DNA from: a virus
Lineage: Duplodnaviria; Caudoviricetes
Virus record (IMG/VR): IMGVR_UViG_3300017757_000107
Location: 1 to 27,229 of that record
DNA: 27,229 bases
Reading direction: 5' to 3' (one strand)
Below are positions 8,164 through 17,520 of this stretch, in pieces (the first letter of the stretch is position 1; every line of letters starts with the position of its first letter). Under the pieces are notes generated by a model. It saw only the letters and a list, made by a program, of their open reading frames with translations, ran no database searches and had not been told where the DNA came from. The position numbers were made by a program, and so were the translations under genes.

Positions 8164-8633
8164 TGGCAAACAATGGCGCTAGAGCTTTTTTCTTAATGCT
8201 CGAAACAATTAAAAATACGTTACTACAAGATAAAAACGTTAATACGGTTACCTATGGCGACTTGACAGAAATAGACCTAAGTAAACAAACTATGTTTCCT
8301 TTGTCGCATATTTTAGTAAACAGCGCTACAAACGACAGCCAGACAATGACTTTTAACGTTACTATTATAAGTATGGACGTAGTCGATATAAGTAAAAAAG
8401 AATTAAACGATATTTTTGAAAGGGACGCGCACGAGCATTTTGTTTTAAATACTCAATTAGCTGTAGGCAATAGACTATACCAGCTTTTGCATAATGGGCA
8501 AGTAAGGCTAGACGGCTACCAAGTAGACGGCGACGCAAGCTGCGAGCCGTTCGTAGACCGCTTTAGTAACAACCTAGCTGGCTGGGCGACTACTTTCGAC
8601 ATAATGATAAAAAATGACTTATTTATATGTTAA
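8163..8633 (+). CDS. Putative tail terminator/completion protein
   Basis: Size, FPLSHI and F.DRF.N.LAGW motifs, position in the tail module (inference). Confidence 0.5.
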   Translation: MANNGARAFFLMLETIKNTLLQDKNVNTVTYGDLTEIDLSKQTMFPLSHILVNSATNDSQTMTFNVTIISMDVVDISKKELNDIFERDAHEHFVLNTQLAVGNRLYQLLHNGQVRLDGYQVDGDASCEPFVDRFSNNLAGWATTFDIMIKNDLFIC

Positions 8634-9193
8634 AAAATGTAAACAAAGTATTTAACGCTTTAGGTATAAACGTTGTTTCTAAGGCAAAATCAAACCTAGC
8701 AAATAGCAACAGCTCTGGCGCTTTAGCTGACAGCCTAGACTATAAAATAGACAACAGCGACCCAGACAACCCAAGGCTAAATTTTTACGCCGAAGACTAC
8801 GCAAAGTTTGTAGACTTAGGGGTCCAAGGTAACAACCCCCAGGCTATGCCGCAAGGCTCACTAGCTAGGTTTAATAAGGCCCCAAACAGTCCGTACCAAT
8901 TCGGTACAGGCAGCTATAGCGGTAGCGGTAGTTTGCGAGGCGCTATTGACAAATGGGTAGTACAAAAAGGTATACCAAACGTAAGAGACGAAAAAGGCAA
9001 ATTTATAAAACGTAAAAGTTTAGTTTTTTTAATATCTCGCAGCATCTGGAATACTGGAATAAAACCGACATATTTTTTTACAGACGCCAAAAACCAATAC
9101 AGTAGGGGCGTACAAGCTAAACTAGCTTTTGCCTATGCCAAAGACTTAGACAGCGAATTTAAAAACCAAAGAAAAAAACGAAAACGAAAATAA
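8627..9193 (+). CDS. Putative neck/tail-completion protein (HK97 gp10-like)
   Basis: SGALADSL, YAKFVDLG and GIKPTYFF motifs; basic protein. Confidence 0.55.
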   Translation: MLKNVNKVFNALGINVVSKAKSNLANSNSSGALADSLDYKIDNSDPDNPRLNFYAEDYAKFVDLGVQGNNPQAMPQGSLARFNKAPNSPYQFGTGSYSGSGSLRGAIDKWVVQKGIPNVRDEKGKFIKRKSLVFLISRSIWNTGIKPTYFFTDAKNQYSRGVQAKLAFAYAKDLDSEFKNQRKKRKRK

Positions 9194-10134
9194 TGTCAAA
9201 CTTTAGACCTTTAAAAAGTCCTATTACAATAGGCAACGTAAACGCGTCATCTTATACAGACGGCTATACAGTCGCAAATATATTTATAGGGGGCGTATTG
9301 ACTTTACAATTAGACCGCAAAGGCTTTGAAAACGGCGACACTAGCAGCTATTTTGAGTTTGCAGAAATACTAAACAGTTATTTAGATATTACATTTGACG
9401 GTACGTATACTAGTCAAACATTAAATATAACTTTAGAGTTTTACCAATACGACGACCCAGACTTAACCACACAATTAAATTTTCAGACCGAAACTTTTTT
9501 AGGCTTGTCTGGTTATTCTTATTTTCAACAAGGCGACAATTTTAAATATACAGCAACCCAGCCAGCAATAAGTACGACAACTTTATACATACCAGACGGC
9601 GTAGCTGGATATATACCTTTTTTAGATACTGGCGCGCCAGCAATTACTTATAACGCCTTTAGTACAACAGCAACAGCTATTACTATAGGCTCTACAGAGT
9701 TTACAATAAAAAGGATATGCGAGCCTAAATACCAAAACTATAAATTAACATTTTTAAATAAATACGGCGCTTTACAAGACCTATACTTTTACTTATTAAG
9801 ACGAGACAGTACCGCTGTAAAAACCGAAACTTACAAATCGCATATTACAACGCCAATAGGTGGTTATAGTATAAACACGCATAGCAAGCAAACTTTTGAA
9901 GTAAAAGCTAACGACAAGTTTGTTTTAAATACATGCTATTTAGACGAAACATACAACGACGTAATTACTGAATTAATGTTAAGCGAAAAAATCTGGATCA
10001 CTGAAAACGCTCAAGTATTGCCTATAAGAATTACGACATCATCATTAGAAAAAAAGACAACCGTAAACGACAAATTAATACAATACACGTTAGAGTTTGA
10101 GTACGCCTTTGACAAAATAAACAATATAAGATAA
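9193..10134 (+). CDS. Tail structural protein (distal tail-like)
   Basis: FLNKYGALQD...ELMLSEKIW pattern; beta-rich; position. Confidence 0.5.
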   Translation: MSNFRPLKSPITIGNVNASSYTDGYTVANIFIGGVLTLQLDRKGFENGDTSSYFEFAEILNSYLDITFDGTYTSQTLNITLEFYQYDDPDLTTQLNFQTETFLGLSGYSYFQQGDNFKYTATQPAISTTTLYIPDGVAGYIPFLDTGAPAITYNAFSTTATAITIGSTEFTIKRICEPKYQNYKLTFLNKYGALQDLYFYLLRRDSTAVKTETYKSHITTPIGGYSINTHSKQTFEVKANDKFVLNTCYLDETYNDVITELMLSEKIWITENAQVLPIRITTSSLEKKTTVNDKLIQYTLEFEYAFDKINNIR

Positions 10135-12287
10135 TGCGCGAAGTACAAATCTTAATAAGACAAAATAATTCGTGGGACAGGCTAGAGCTTTTTAAAGACG
10201 AAACAATTAGTCTTACGCAAACAATAAAAAACGCTAGAGATATAGGCAGCATATTTACTGACTTTACGCAGTCTTTTACTTTGCCAGCATCAAAATTTAA
10301 TAATAAAGTTTTTAAGTTTTATTACGATACAAACATTTCGTCTGCAGACAATTTTAACCCAAACGACAAATTACCGTCGCAAATATTATTAAACGGCGAT
10401 TTGTTTCGCAGAGGTTTTTTAGCTTTAAATGGCGTTGAAATGAAAGACAACAACCCTTTTAGTTATAAAGTTACATTTTTTGGCGAGACAGTAGACATAA
10501 AAAAACGACTAAAAGACTTAAATTTAAGAAACATATTTGACGGGTTTGAAGACTATAATCATACTTACGACGTAAACACCGTTACGCAAGGTTTAAATTC
10601 TAGTTTATTTAGTGGCAATATAATCTACCCCTTAATATCACATACAGAAAGATTAACCTATGATAGTAATAGCGCTGTAGCTGGTAGTAGAAATTTATAT
10701 TATGACGGTACTACAAACCAAGGTATAAATTTTAGAGACTTAAAACCAGCTATAAGACTTAGGCGAATAATAGACCGTATAAACGAAATTACAGGCGTAG
10801 AGTTTGACATGACTAAGGGCTTTTTTGCGTTAAATAATCAAGAATTTAATTTACTGTATTTATGGTTGTCTAGAGAGCGCGGCAAACTAGGTCAGTCGTA
10901 TAACGGCAGCGAGCAGTTTATTATAGACATAAATAGTATTACTGGCTTTTTTCAAAACGGCGGCTACCAGGGCGGCTGGACCCCACCATTAGAGCGTTTT
11001 TTTGGAAACTCGACAAACCCCCAGCCAGTAGCTTGTTTTATCAGTAATACTGGGAAAATATTTTGTAGAAGTTTTTACGAGTCTGGAGTAGTTAATGACT
11101 ATTTTACTTTAACGTGGCGTGTTGATAGTACAGAAACGTTTGACTTAGAAATAATAGACACTATTACTAATACTGTAGTAGCAAGTAGAACGGGCTTATC
11201 TGGATCAAACCAGACAATTCAACACGACGTAAGGGCGGTAGGCTCTGGCTCTGTAGTAACACAATTTTTAAGGTTAAGAATAAGAACAAACGACGCTACA
11301 TTTTCGGCATCATATATGGGCCTTGCTATAAGATATAAATATCGTTTTTTTGCTAATAGAACATCAAATACAGAAAGTCAAAATTTATCACCAAACGCTT
11401 TAGTAAACGATATAAGCATACCGTTACAAATGCCAAATATTAAAGTTTTAGACCTACTTACTGGCTTATTTAAAATGTTTAACTTAACGGCTTTTTTCCA
11501 AGAAGACGGCAAAATACTAGTACAAGAATTAGACGACTTTTACAACGCTGGTGGCGAAACAGATATTACCGCTTTTATAGATACAGAAAAAAAGTCTGTA
11601 AACTACCCTATACCGTACCAAGAAATTGCGTTTAGATACCAAGAGCCAAAAACTTTTTTATCTATAAACTTTAAAGAAATAAACGGCTACCAGTTCGGTA
11701 ATTTAGAAAACACAACTACCGAGCCAGACGTTCAACAAACAGACAGGGGACAAAAATACGTCGTAAAAGTACCTTTTGAAAAAATGATTTTTGAGCCTTT
11801 AACAGACCAGGCCGACGGCTCACAACAAAATTTACTGTATGGCTGGACCGTAGACAAAGACCAAGGCCCAGTAGCTATATCGCCTTTAATTTTTTATAGA
11901 AGAGTTACCCAGTCTACAAACGGTTATTCTGTACAAGACAGAGGGGTAGGCAGTACCCCAGCGCAACTAACGGCATACAACAGGGCCGCAAATAGTTACC
12001 TAAATAACACATTAAATTTTGGTAATGAAATTGACGAATTTACAGGGATAGTAAAAGAAGACAGTTTGTTTTTTGTTTATTACAGAAAATATATATCAGA
12101 CCTATTTAACAGACAAAGGCGACTAGTAAAGGTAACGGCTTATTTGCCAGTCAATTTTTTATTAACCTATAAGTTAAACGACTGTCTAATCATAAACGGA
12201 CGTAAATACCAAATAAATAGTATTAAAACAAATTTACAAACTGGTAAAAGTGAGCTACAATTATATAACAAATTATACTCAATATGA
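10134..12287 (+). CDS. Large tail tip/baseplate hub protein
   Basis: 717 aa; N-terminal LELF...FTQSFTLPAS..NN; C-terminal YQINSIKTNL.TGKSELQL. Confidence 0.6.
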   Translation: MREVQILIRQNNSWDRLELFKDETISLTQTIKNARDIGSIFTDFTQSFTLPASKFNNKVFKFYYDTNISSADNFNPNDKLPSQILLNGDLFRRGFLALNGVEMKDNNPFSYKVTFFGETVDIKKRLKDLNLRNIFDGFEDYNHTYDVNTVTQGLNSSLFSGNIIYPLISHTERLTYDSNSAVAGSRNLYYDGTTNQGINFRDLKPAIRLRRIIDRINEITGVEFDMTKGFFALNNQEFNLLYLWLSRERGKLGQSYNGSEQFIIDINSITGFFQNGGYQGGWTPPLERFFGNSTNPQPVACFISNTGKIFCRSFYESGVVNDYFTLTWRVDSTETFDLEIIDTITNTVVASRTGLSGSNQTIQHDVRAVGSGSVVTQFLRLRIRTNDATFSASYMGLAIRYKYRFFANRTSNTESQNLSPNALVNDISIPLQMPNIKVLDLLTGLFKMFNLTAFFQEDGKILVQELDDFYNAGGETDITAFIDTEKKSVNYPIPYQEIAFRYQEPKTFLSINFKEINGYQFGNLENTTTEPDVQQTDRGQKYVVKVPFEKMIFEPLTDQADGSQQNLLYGWTVDKDQGPVAISPLIFYRRVTQSTNGYSVQDRGVGSTPAQLTAYNRAANSYLNNTLNFGNEIDEFTGIVKEDSLFFVYYRKYISDLFNRQRRLVKVTAYLPVNFLLTYKLNDCLIINGRKYQINSIKTNLQTGKSELQLYNKLYSI

Positions 12288-12433
12288 TAAATTTAATACT
12301 AGAAATGCTGGACCAGGCAAACGGCGAGACTGAAAACATACGTATTGCGCAAGGCAAAAATAAATTACCTACAACCCTAAAAGACGGATATAAAAAACTT
12401 AAAAAGCAAAGTAAATGGGCATTGAAAAAATAG
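12284..12433 (+). CDS. Small protein (49 aa, ETENIRIAQGKNKLP)
   Basis: Translated by hand; bridges the tail tip and tape measure genes with overlaps. Confidence 0.65.
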   Translation: MINLILEMLDQANGETENIRIAQGKNKLPTTLKDGYKKLKKQSKWALKK

Positions 12434-14076
12434 GGGTAGAATTTCAAGTAAACGGCAAAGAGGCTGTAAAACAAATTAAAGATACCGCAAAAGCTCTAGA
12501 CACTTTTAATAGCGAGCTAGAAAAAAACCGCGAGGGTATGAAGATACTAGACCAGCTTACAGGCGGCGCAGTATCGCAATTTCAAGACTATAAAAACAGC
12601 GTAAAAGGTGGCATAGGCGCTATTAAAAATTTAAGTAAAAGTTTTAAAGGCTTAAAGGCTGCAATAATATCTACAGGTATAGGCGCTATTGTAGTAGCTT
12701 TAGGTTTAATTGTAGCGTACTGGGACGATATAAAAGAGCTAGTAAGCGGCGTAAGCAAAGAGCAAGAAGACCTACTCGCTTTACAGCAGCAGAGCGTAGC
12801 ACAAAGCCAGGCAGCTAGCGACGCAATTAGCGCAACGTCAAATACTTTAAAATTACAGGGCAAAAGTGAACGCGACATACTTAATTTAAAAAAGGCCCAA
12901 ACCGACGAAACTATAGCAGCTTTAGAGGCGCAACTTATTACACAAAAAGAAATTAAAAAAGCGCAAGTAGAAAGCGCAGAGCGAAACCAAAATATAGCAA
13001 AAGGTATTATAGGGTTTTTATCTACGCCTTTATTGCTTATTACAGGTCTAATAGACGGAATTACAAACAGTTTAGCGTCTTTAGGTATAATTGACGAGGC
13101 TACCAGTTTGACCGAAGACTACCTAGAGACTACGTCGTCATTATTATTTGACCCAGAGGCAGTAGCTGGCGCAGCAGACGAAACAATAAAAGAAACAGAA
13201 AGCCAATTAACTAAGTTAAAAAACACTAGAGACGGTTATATACTACAGCAACAGGCCCAGGATCAAAAAACCGCAGACGACGCGCTACAAAAGAAAAAAG
13301 ACGAAAACCAAAAGCTACTAGACGAAGAAGAGGCATTTCAAAAAAAGCTAGCAGACATAAAACAAAAAGACTTTCAAGACCAGCTTACAATGATGCAGCG
13401 TATTGAAGACGCGGAAAACGCATATTTTGACAGTAAGCTATCAAAAGAGCAGCTAGAAGAGAACGCAGTAAGAGAAAAATATTTTGCGCTTATTGAGGCA
13501 GCAAATGAGTACGGCCTGTCTACGGTAGACCTAGAGGCTGCCCAAACTGAAGAGTTACAAGCAATAAAAGACGAGGCAGCAGCTAGAGACAAGGCAAGAG
13601 ACGAGGCGCTAAAAAAGCAAAGACTGTCGGCAGTAGGCGACACGTTCGGCCAAATAGCTGGTATCTTAGGTAAAAATAGCGCAGCTGGCAAAGCGGCAGC
13701 TATAGCACAGGCGACAATTAATACCTACCAGGGAGTTAGTGAAGTTTGGGGCAATAAGACGGTATTACCAGAGCCATTTGGTACAGCTCAAAAAGTAGTA
13801 TCTACGGTAGGAGTTTTAGCAGCTGGTATGCAGACTGTAAAACAAATTAAGTCGGTACCAAAACCAAAAGGCGTTAAGGGGGGCGGCAGCTCTGGCGGCG
13901 GCGGCGGCGGTCAAAGTGCGCCAGCGTTTAATTTAGTAGGCGGCGGCGGTACAAACCAATTAGCCGAAACAATAGCAGAGCAAACCAAACAACCGTCTAG
14001 GGCGTACGTAGTAGCTGGCGACGTTACAACGGCCCAAGAATTAGAACGTAATACAGTAGAGGGCGCGGCGCTTTAA
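12415..14076 (+). CDS. Tail tape measure protein
   Basis: Ala/Gln/Glu-rich coiled coil, hydrophobic STGIGAIVVALG segments, Gly-rich linker. Confidence 0.8.
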   Translation: MGIEKIGVEFQVNGKEAVKQIKDTAKALDTFNSELEKNREGMKILDQLTGGAVSQFQDYKNSVKGGIGAIKNLSKSFKGLKAAIISTGIGAIVVALGLIVAYWDDIKELVSGVSKEQEDLLALQQQSVAQSQAASDAISATSNTLKLQGKSERDILNLKKAQTDETIAALEAQLITQKEIKKAQVESAERNQNIAKGIIGFLSTPLLLITGLIDGITNSLASLGIIDEATSLTEDYLETTSSLLFDPEAVAGAADETIKETESQLTKLKNTRDGYILQQQAQDQKTADDALQKKKDENQKLLDEEEAFQKKLADIKQKDFQDQLTMMQRIEDAENAYFDSKLSKEQLEENAVREKYFALIEAANEYGLSTVDLEAAQTEELQAIKDEAAARDKARDEALKKQRLSAVGDTFGQIAGILGKNSAAGKAAAIAQATINTYQGVSEVWGNKTVLPEPFGTAQKVVSTVGVLAAGMQTVKQIKSVPKPKGVKGGGSSGGGGGGQSAPAFNLVGGGGTNQLAETIAEQTKQPSRAYVVAGDVTTAQELERNTVEGAAL

Positions 14077-14079
14077 AAA

Positions 14080-14106
14080 CAAAATTTAAAATTAATACGT
14101 TATATA
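14080..14106 (+). promoter_or_regulatory. Putative late promoter CAAAA-N13-CGTTATATA
   Basis: ATG 14110 is 12 nt after the C at 14098. Confidence 0.75.
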
Positions 14107-14109
14107 AAT

Positions 14110-15045
14110 ATGAAAATTATAGAGTTAATTATTGACGAAAACGACGAATACAGCGGCGTAGACGCTATAAGTTTAGTCGAGTACCCAGCGATAGAAGAAA
14201 ACTTTGTTGCTTTAAACAAAAACGACAGAGAGTATAAATTTAAAGCTGTAGACGACGACAAGCGTATTTTAATGGGCGCGCTTTTAGTGCCTAACAAAAT
14301 GATATACCGCAAAGACGGCGACGAAGAGTATTACATACACTTTACAAAAGCTACAGTAAAAAAAGCTAGCGAGCTTTATTTGCAAAGAGGCAACGCAAAC
14401 AACGCGACATACGAGCATATAAAAGAAGTAGAGGGCGTTTCGTTAGTCGAAAGCTGGATAGTCGAAGACAAAGAAAACGACAAAAGTAATTTATACGACC
14501 TAGACTTGCCAGTCGGCACCTGGGTAGGCGCAGTAAAAGTATATAACGAGCAGCTATGGCAAATGGCAAAGGTAGACGGATCAATTCGCGGTTTTAGTAT
14601 CGAGGGGTTTTTTGCTGAAAAGGCGCAAAGGCCAAAAGAGCCAATAGCCGAAGACTTTAGCAGAGAGCTAAACGCCGCCTTTAAACTACTAAAAATAAAA
14701 CAGTCGCTAATTGAAATGTCGGCTAAAAAAAAAATTGATTTAGACAGCTACAATGACTACCCCCAAGGCGCAGTAAATAACGCTAAACGCGCTTTAGACT
14801 GGGTAGAAAAAAACGGCTGGGGCAGCTGCGGCGAGGCTACAGGCAAAAAAAGAGCTAGCCAAATTGCAAACAAAGAAAAATTAACACGCGACACTATAGC
14901 ACGTATGGCAAGTTTTAAAAGACATCAACAACATAAAGACGTACCCTACAGCGAGGGGTGCGGCGGTTTAATGTGGGACGCCTGGGGCGGTAGCGCTGGC
15001 ATAAACTGGGCCATAAACAAACTAAAAGAATTAGACAATGAATAA
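14110..15045 (+). CDS. Prohead protease (XkdF-like serine protease) with an extra C-terminal domain
   Basis: AISLVEYPAIE, H (TYEH), ESW, GTW, GFSIEG; second domain SYNDYP...DAWGG. Confidence 0.8.
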   Translation: MKIIELIIDENDEYSGVDAISLVEYPAIEENFVALNKNDREYKFKAVDDDKRILMGALLVPNKMIYRKDGDEEYYIHFTKATVKKASELYLQRGNANNATYEHIKEVEGVSLVESWIVEDKENDKSNLYDLDLPVGTWVGAVKVYNEQLWQMAKVDGSIRGFSIEGFFAEKAQRPKEPIAEDFSRELNAAFKLLKIKQSLIEMSAKKKIDLDSYNDYPQGAVNNAKRALDWVEKNGWGSCGEATGKKRASQIANKEKLTRDTIARMASFKRHQQHKDVPYSEGCGGLMWDAWGGSAGINWAINKLKELDNE

Positions 15046-15217
15046 AAGACGCAGACGAAATAGGGGCCTATACGGCATAGACAATACAAACAACGCGTCG
15101 CCAACTGGCGGCAGTAGGGCCTGTCTTTGTAAAGACGAGCAAACCTATAGTATTGACTGTTGCGACGGCTCACTATGGGCGCAAGGTATAGGACGTATAA
15201 CAGCAATAGACGAATAA
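15038..15217 (+). CDS. Small Cys-rich protein (59 aa; SPTGGSRACLCKD..TYSIDCCDG..AQGIG)
   Basis: Translated by hand (below the ORF-track cut-off); exactly fills the gap between genes. Confidence 0.75.
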   Translation: MNKRRRRNRGLYGIDNTNNASPTGGSRACLCKDEQTYSIDCCDGSLWAQGIGRITAIDE

Positions 15218-15451
15218 ATGGACCATAAACAAATTATACAAACACTTACAGACAATATAAAAACTGTAAACGAAAATTTTGTAGTAGAATACGACATGCT
15301 AACTTATAATTTAATGGACAGCGAAGAGCTAGACGGACCAGAAATTGTAGAAGACCTAGCCGAAACATACGAGCAACTAACGGTTTTTTTAGACATACTA
15401 AAAGACAAAGCCGTAGAGCTAGAAGACAACCTAAAAGACTTATTACACTAA
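15218..15451 (+). CDS. Small very acidic protein
   Basis: 20 D/E versus 5 K and no R in 77 aa; KAVELE resembles the KAEELG motif of downstream paralogs. Confidence 0.7.
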   Translation: MDHKQIIQTLTDNIKTVNENFVVEYDMLTYNLMDSEELDGPEIVEDLAETYEQLTVFLDILKDKAVELEDNLKDLLH

Positions 15452-15456
15452 AAATG

Positions 15457-15483
15457 CAAAAAAAAACATACTAACGTTATATA
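15457..15483 (+). promoter_or_regulatory. Putative late promoter CAAAA-N13-CGTTATATA
   Basis: ATG 15487 is 12 nt after the C at 15475. Confidence 0.75.
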
Positions 15484-15486
15484 ATT

Positions 15487-15942
15487 ATGAGTACAGAAAA
15501 AAGAGTGTTTAACAAGCTATTTAAAGGCAAAACTAACTTGTCTAAAAAAATAGCTTTAGGAACGCTAAAAGAAGACATAGACTTTTATATTGAGTATATA
15601 AACGAGCCAAAAAACAAAGCTGAACAAATTGTTTCAGACTTTGAAAGGCTGGGCGGCGAAATGCAAAGAATTTTAAGCGAAATACAGACACTTGTACCAG
15701 AGGCTAAAACTACTTTAGAGCTAGGCTATCGTTATACCGAAGAGGTAGACGAATTAATTGAGCGTACAAGACAAAGCGCGGACGAGCTGGGAATTGATCC
15801 AGCCGACATAGGTAATTTTACAGAGTTAGAGGCAATAGCAAAAGTAGACTTTTATTACTTTAAATATATAGAGGACGCCTGGTGGGAGAATATAAATTAT
15901 TACACGTCTGAATTAAAGGACAGCGAAGACTTATTTAAATAA
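15487..15942 (+). CDS. Acidic paralog 1, candidate internal head protein
   Basis: N-terminus MSTEKRVFNKLFK; shared ADELGIDP motif. Confidence 0.75.
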   Translation: MSTEKRVFNKLFKGKTNLSKKIALGTLKEDIDFYIEYINEPKNKAEQIVSDFERLGGEMQRILSEIQTLVPEAKTTLELGYRYTEEVDELIERTRQSADELGIDPADIGNFTELEAIAKVDFYYFKYIEDAWWENINYYTSELKDSEDLFK

Positions 15943-15948
15943 AAAACT

Positions 15949-16413
15949 ATGAGTACAAAAAATAGAGTATTTAGCAGACTGTTTGACGACAAAAAACACG
16001 CTGCGCAATTAAGAGCTGAAAAACGCAAACAAGACAAACTACAAAAAGTAGCTCTAGGTTTAGTAGACGAGCTAGACTACGACTACCAAAGTATAGCAGA
16101 CGAAACTAGTCGCCTATCTTATTCGGTAGACGAATGGTTTGACGAAAAATTTGACGTATGGTTTGATTTAGGCCGCGAAATTTACTCGGTATATTTTCAA
16201 AACAGCGAGGCATTTTTAACGCCAGACGACGTAGCAGACGACAGAGAAAAATTAATGCAAATTAGAGAAAAAGCCGAAGAGCTAGGCTTAACCGCCGAAG
16301 ACGTCTACCCAGAATGGGACAACCACTTACAAGAAATTGACTACCTAGCAACACTAGACCAGCGTTTTATTATGCAACAACAACAATTTAGAGACGAAAG
16401 TAAAAGCGTATAA
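15949..16413 (+). CDS. Acidic paralog 2, candidate internal head protein
   Basis: N-terminus MSTKNRVFSRLFD; KAEELGL motif. Confidence 0.75.
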   Translation: MSTKNRVFSRLFDDKKHAAQLRAEKRKQDKLQKVALGLVDELDYDYQSIADETSRLSYSVDEWFDEKFDVWFDLGREIYSVYFQNSEAFLTPDDVADDREKLMQIREKAEELGLTAEDVYPEWDNHLQEIDYLATLDQRFIMQQQQFRDESKSV

Positions 16414-16415
16414 TT

Positions 16416-16859
16416 ATGAATACAAACAAAACTATACTGTCTATTTTAGACAAATTTAAACCAGCTAAACAAGCTGTAAAACTAAATGTAGTACAAGACA
16501 TATACGACCTTTACGACAGTTTAAGAGATAGTTATGACATGACTTCTTACTACGCTAACGAAAGGCTAGAAGAGCTACAAAACGAATTTTTTGAAGTAGC
16601 TAACCCAATTCGTTTAGAAATTGACGAAATGGCTATAAATGGTATGCCTAGGTTTTTAGAAGAGGAGGGCGAAAAAATGCAAGCTCTAGTAGGCGAGCTA
16701 GAAAACAAAGCCGAAGAGCTAGGCATTGATCCCAGCGAATTAATACAGGGCTATGACGAGATAATTTTCATGGTAGATAATTACGAGGCCTTATACAGCG
16801 ACTTTATACGTCTATACAGAGAAACTATAAGACAGACAGGTAATAACGACTTTTTATAA
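16416..16859 (+). CDS. Acidic paralog 3, candidate internal head protein
   Basis: KAEELGIDP motif; N-terminus MNTNKTILSILDKFK. Confidence 0.75.
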   Translation: MNTNKTILSILDKFKPAKQAVKLNVVQDIYDLYDSLRDSYDMTSYYANERLEELQNEFFEVANPIRLEIDEMAINGMPRFLEEEGEKMQALVGELENKAEELGIDPSELIQGYDEIIFMVDNYEALYSDFIRLYRETIRQTGNNDFL

Positions 16860-16893
16860 AAATTACTAAATAAACAATAATAAATTAATAAAT

Positions 16894-17490
16894 ATGAAAG
16901 CAACAGAAATGTTATCGCAAATTAAAACTTTGCTACGTGCTAGAATAGGTTTAGCACAAATGACGCTAGAAGACGGCGAAACAGTTATCGAGGCAGACGC
17001 TTTAGAGGCTGGGCAAGCTGTTTTTATAGTATCTGACGACGAGCGTATCGCTTTGCCAGTAGGCGAGTATACGACAGCTGACGGCCAAATTGTAGTAGTA
17101 GCCGAAGAGGGTACTATCGCAGAGGTTAAGGACGCTATGGAAGTCGAAAAAATGGAAGACAAAGAAGACGAAGAGAAAAAAGAAGAGCTAGAAGAGGTAG
17201 TCGTCGAAGACGTGCCAGAAATAGCAGCCGAAGAGGTAGCAGCTATTGTAGAGGCAGTAGTCGAAGTAGTGGCGCCAGTTTTAGAAGAGGTTAAAGAGCA
17301 AGTAGAAGAGCTTTACAAAAAGTTTGAAGACCAAGAAGACAAAAAAGAAAAAATGTCAAGTCAAAAACCAGCTCGCAAGCCAATGAAACATAACCCAGAG
17401 GCAAAACAAACAGTAAAACAAAACTTATACAGTCAAGGTGCAAATTTCAATACAACCAAAGACAGAGTATTTAGTAAACTATTTAAATAA
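16894..17490 (+). CDS. Capsid scaffolding protein
   Basis: LPVGEY...G domain, Glu-rich coil, HNPE and basic C-terminal peptide; directly upstream of the capsid gene. Confidence 0.7.
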   Translation: MKATEMLSQIKTLLRARIGLAQMTLEDGETVIEADALEAGQAVFIVSDDERIALPVGEYTTADGQIVVVAEEGTIAEVKDAMEVEKMEDKEDEEKKEELEEVVVEDVPEIAAEEVAAIVEAVVEVVAPVLEEVKEQVEELYKKFEDQEDKKEKMSSQKPARKPMKHNPEAKQTVKQNLYSQGANFNTTKDRVFSKLFK

Positions 17491-17520
17491 AAAATAACAA
17501 ACGTACAAATTAATAAAAAA

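Noticed and set aside
13877-13950. GGC repeat tract
   Set aside because: Encodes the Gly-rich linker of the tape measure protein.
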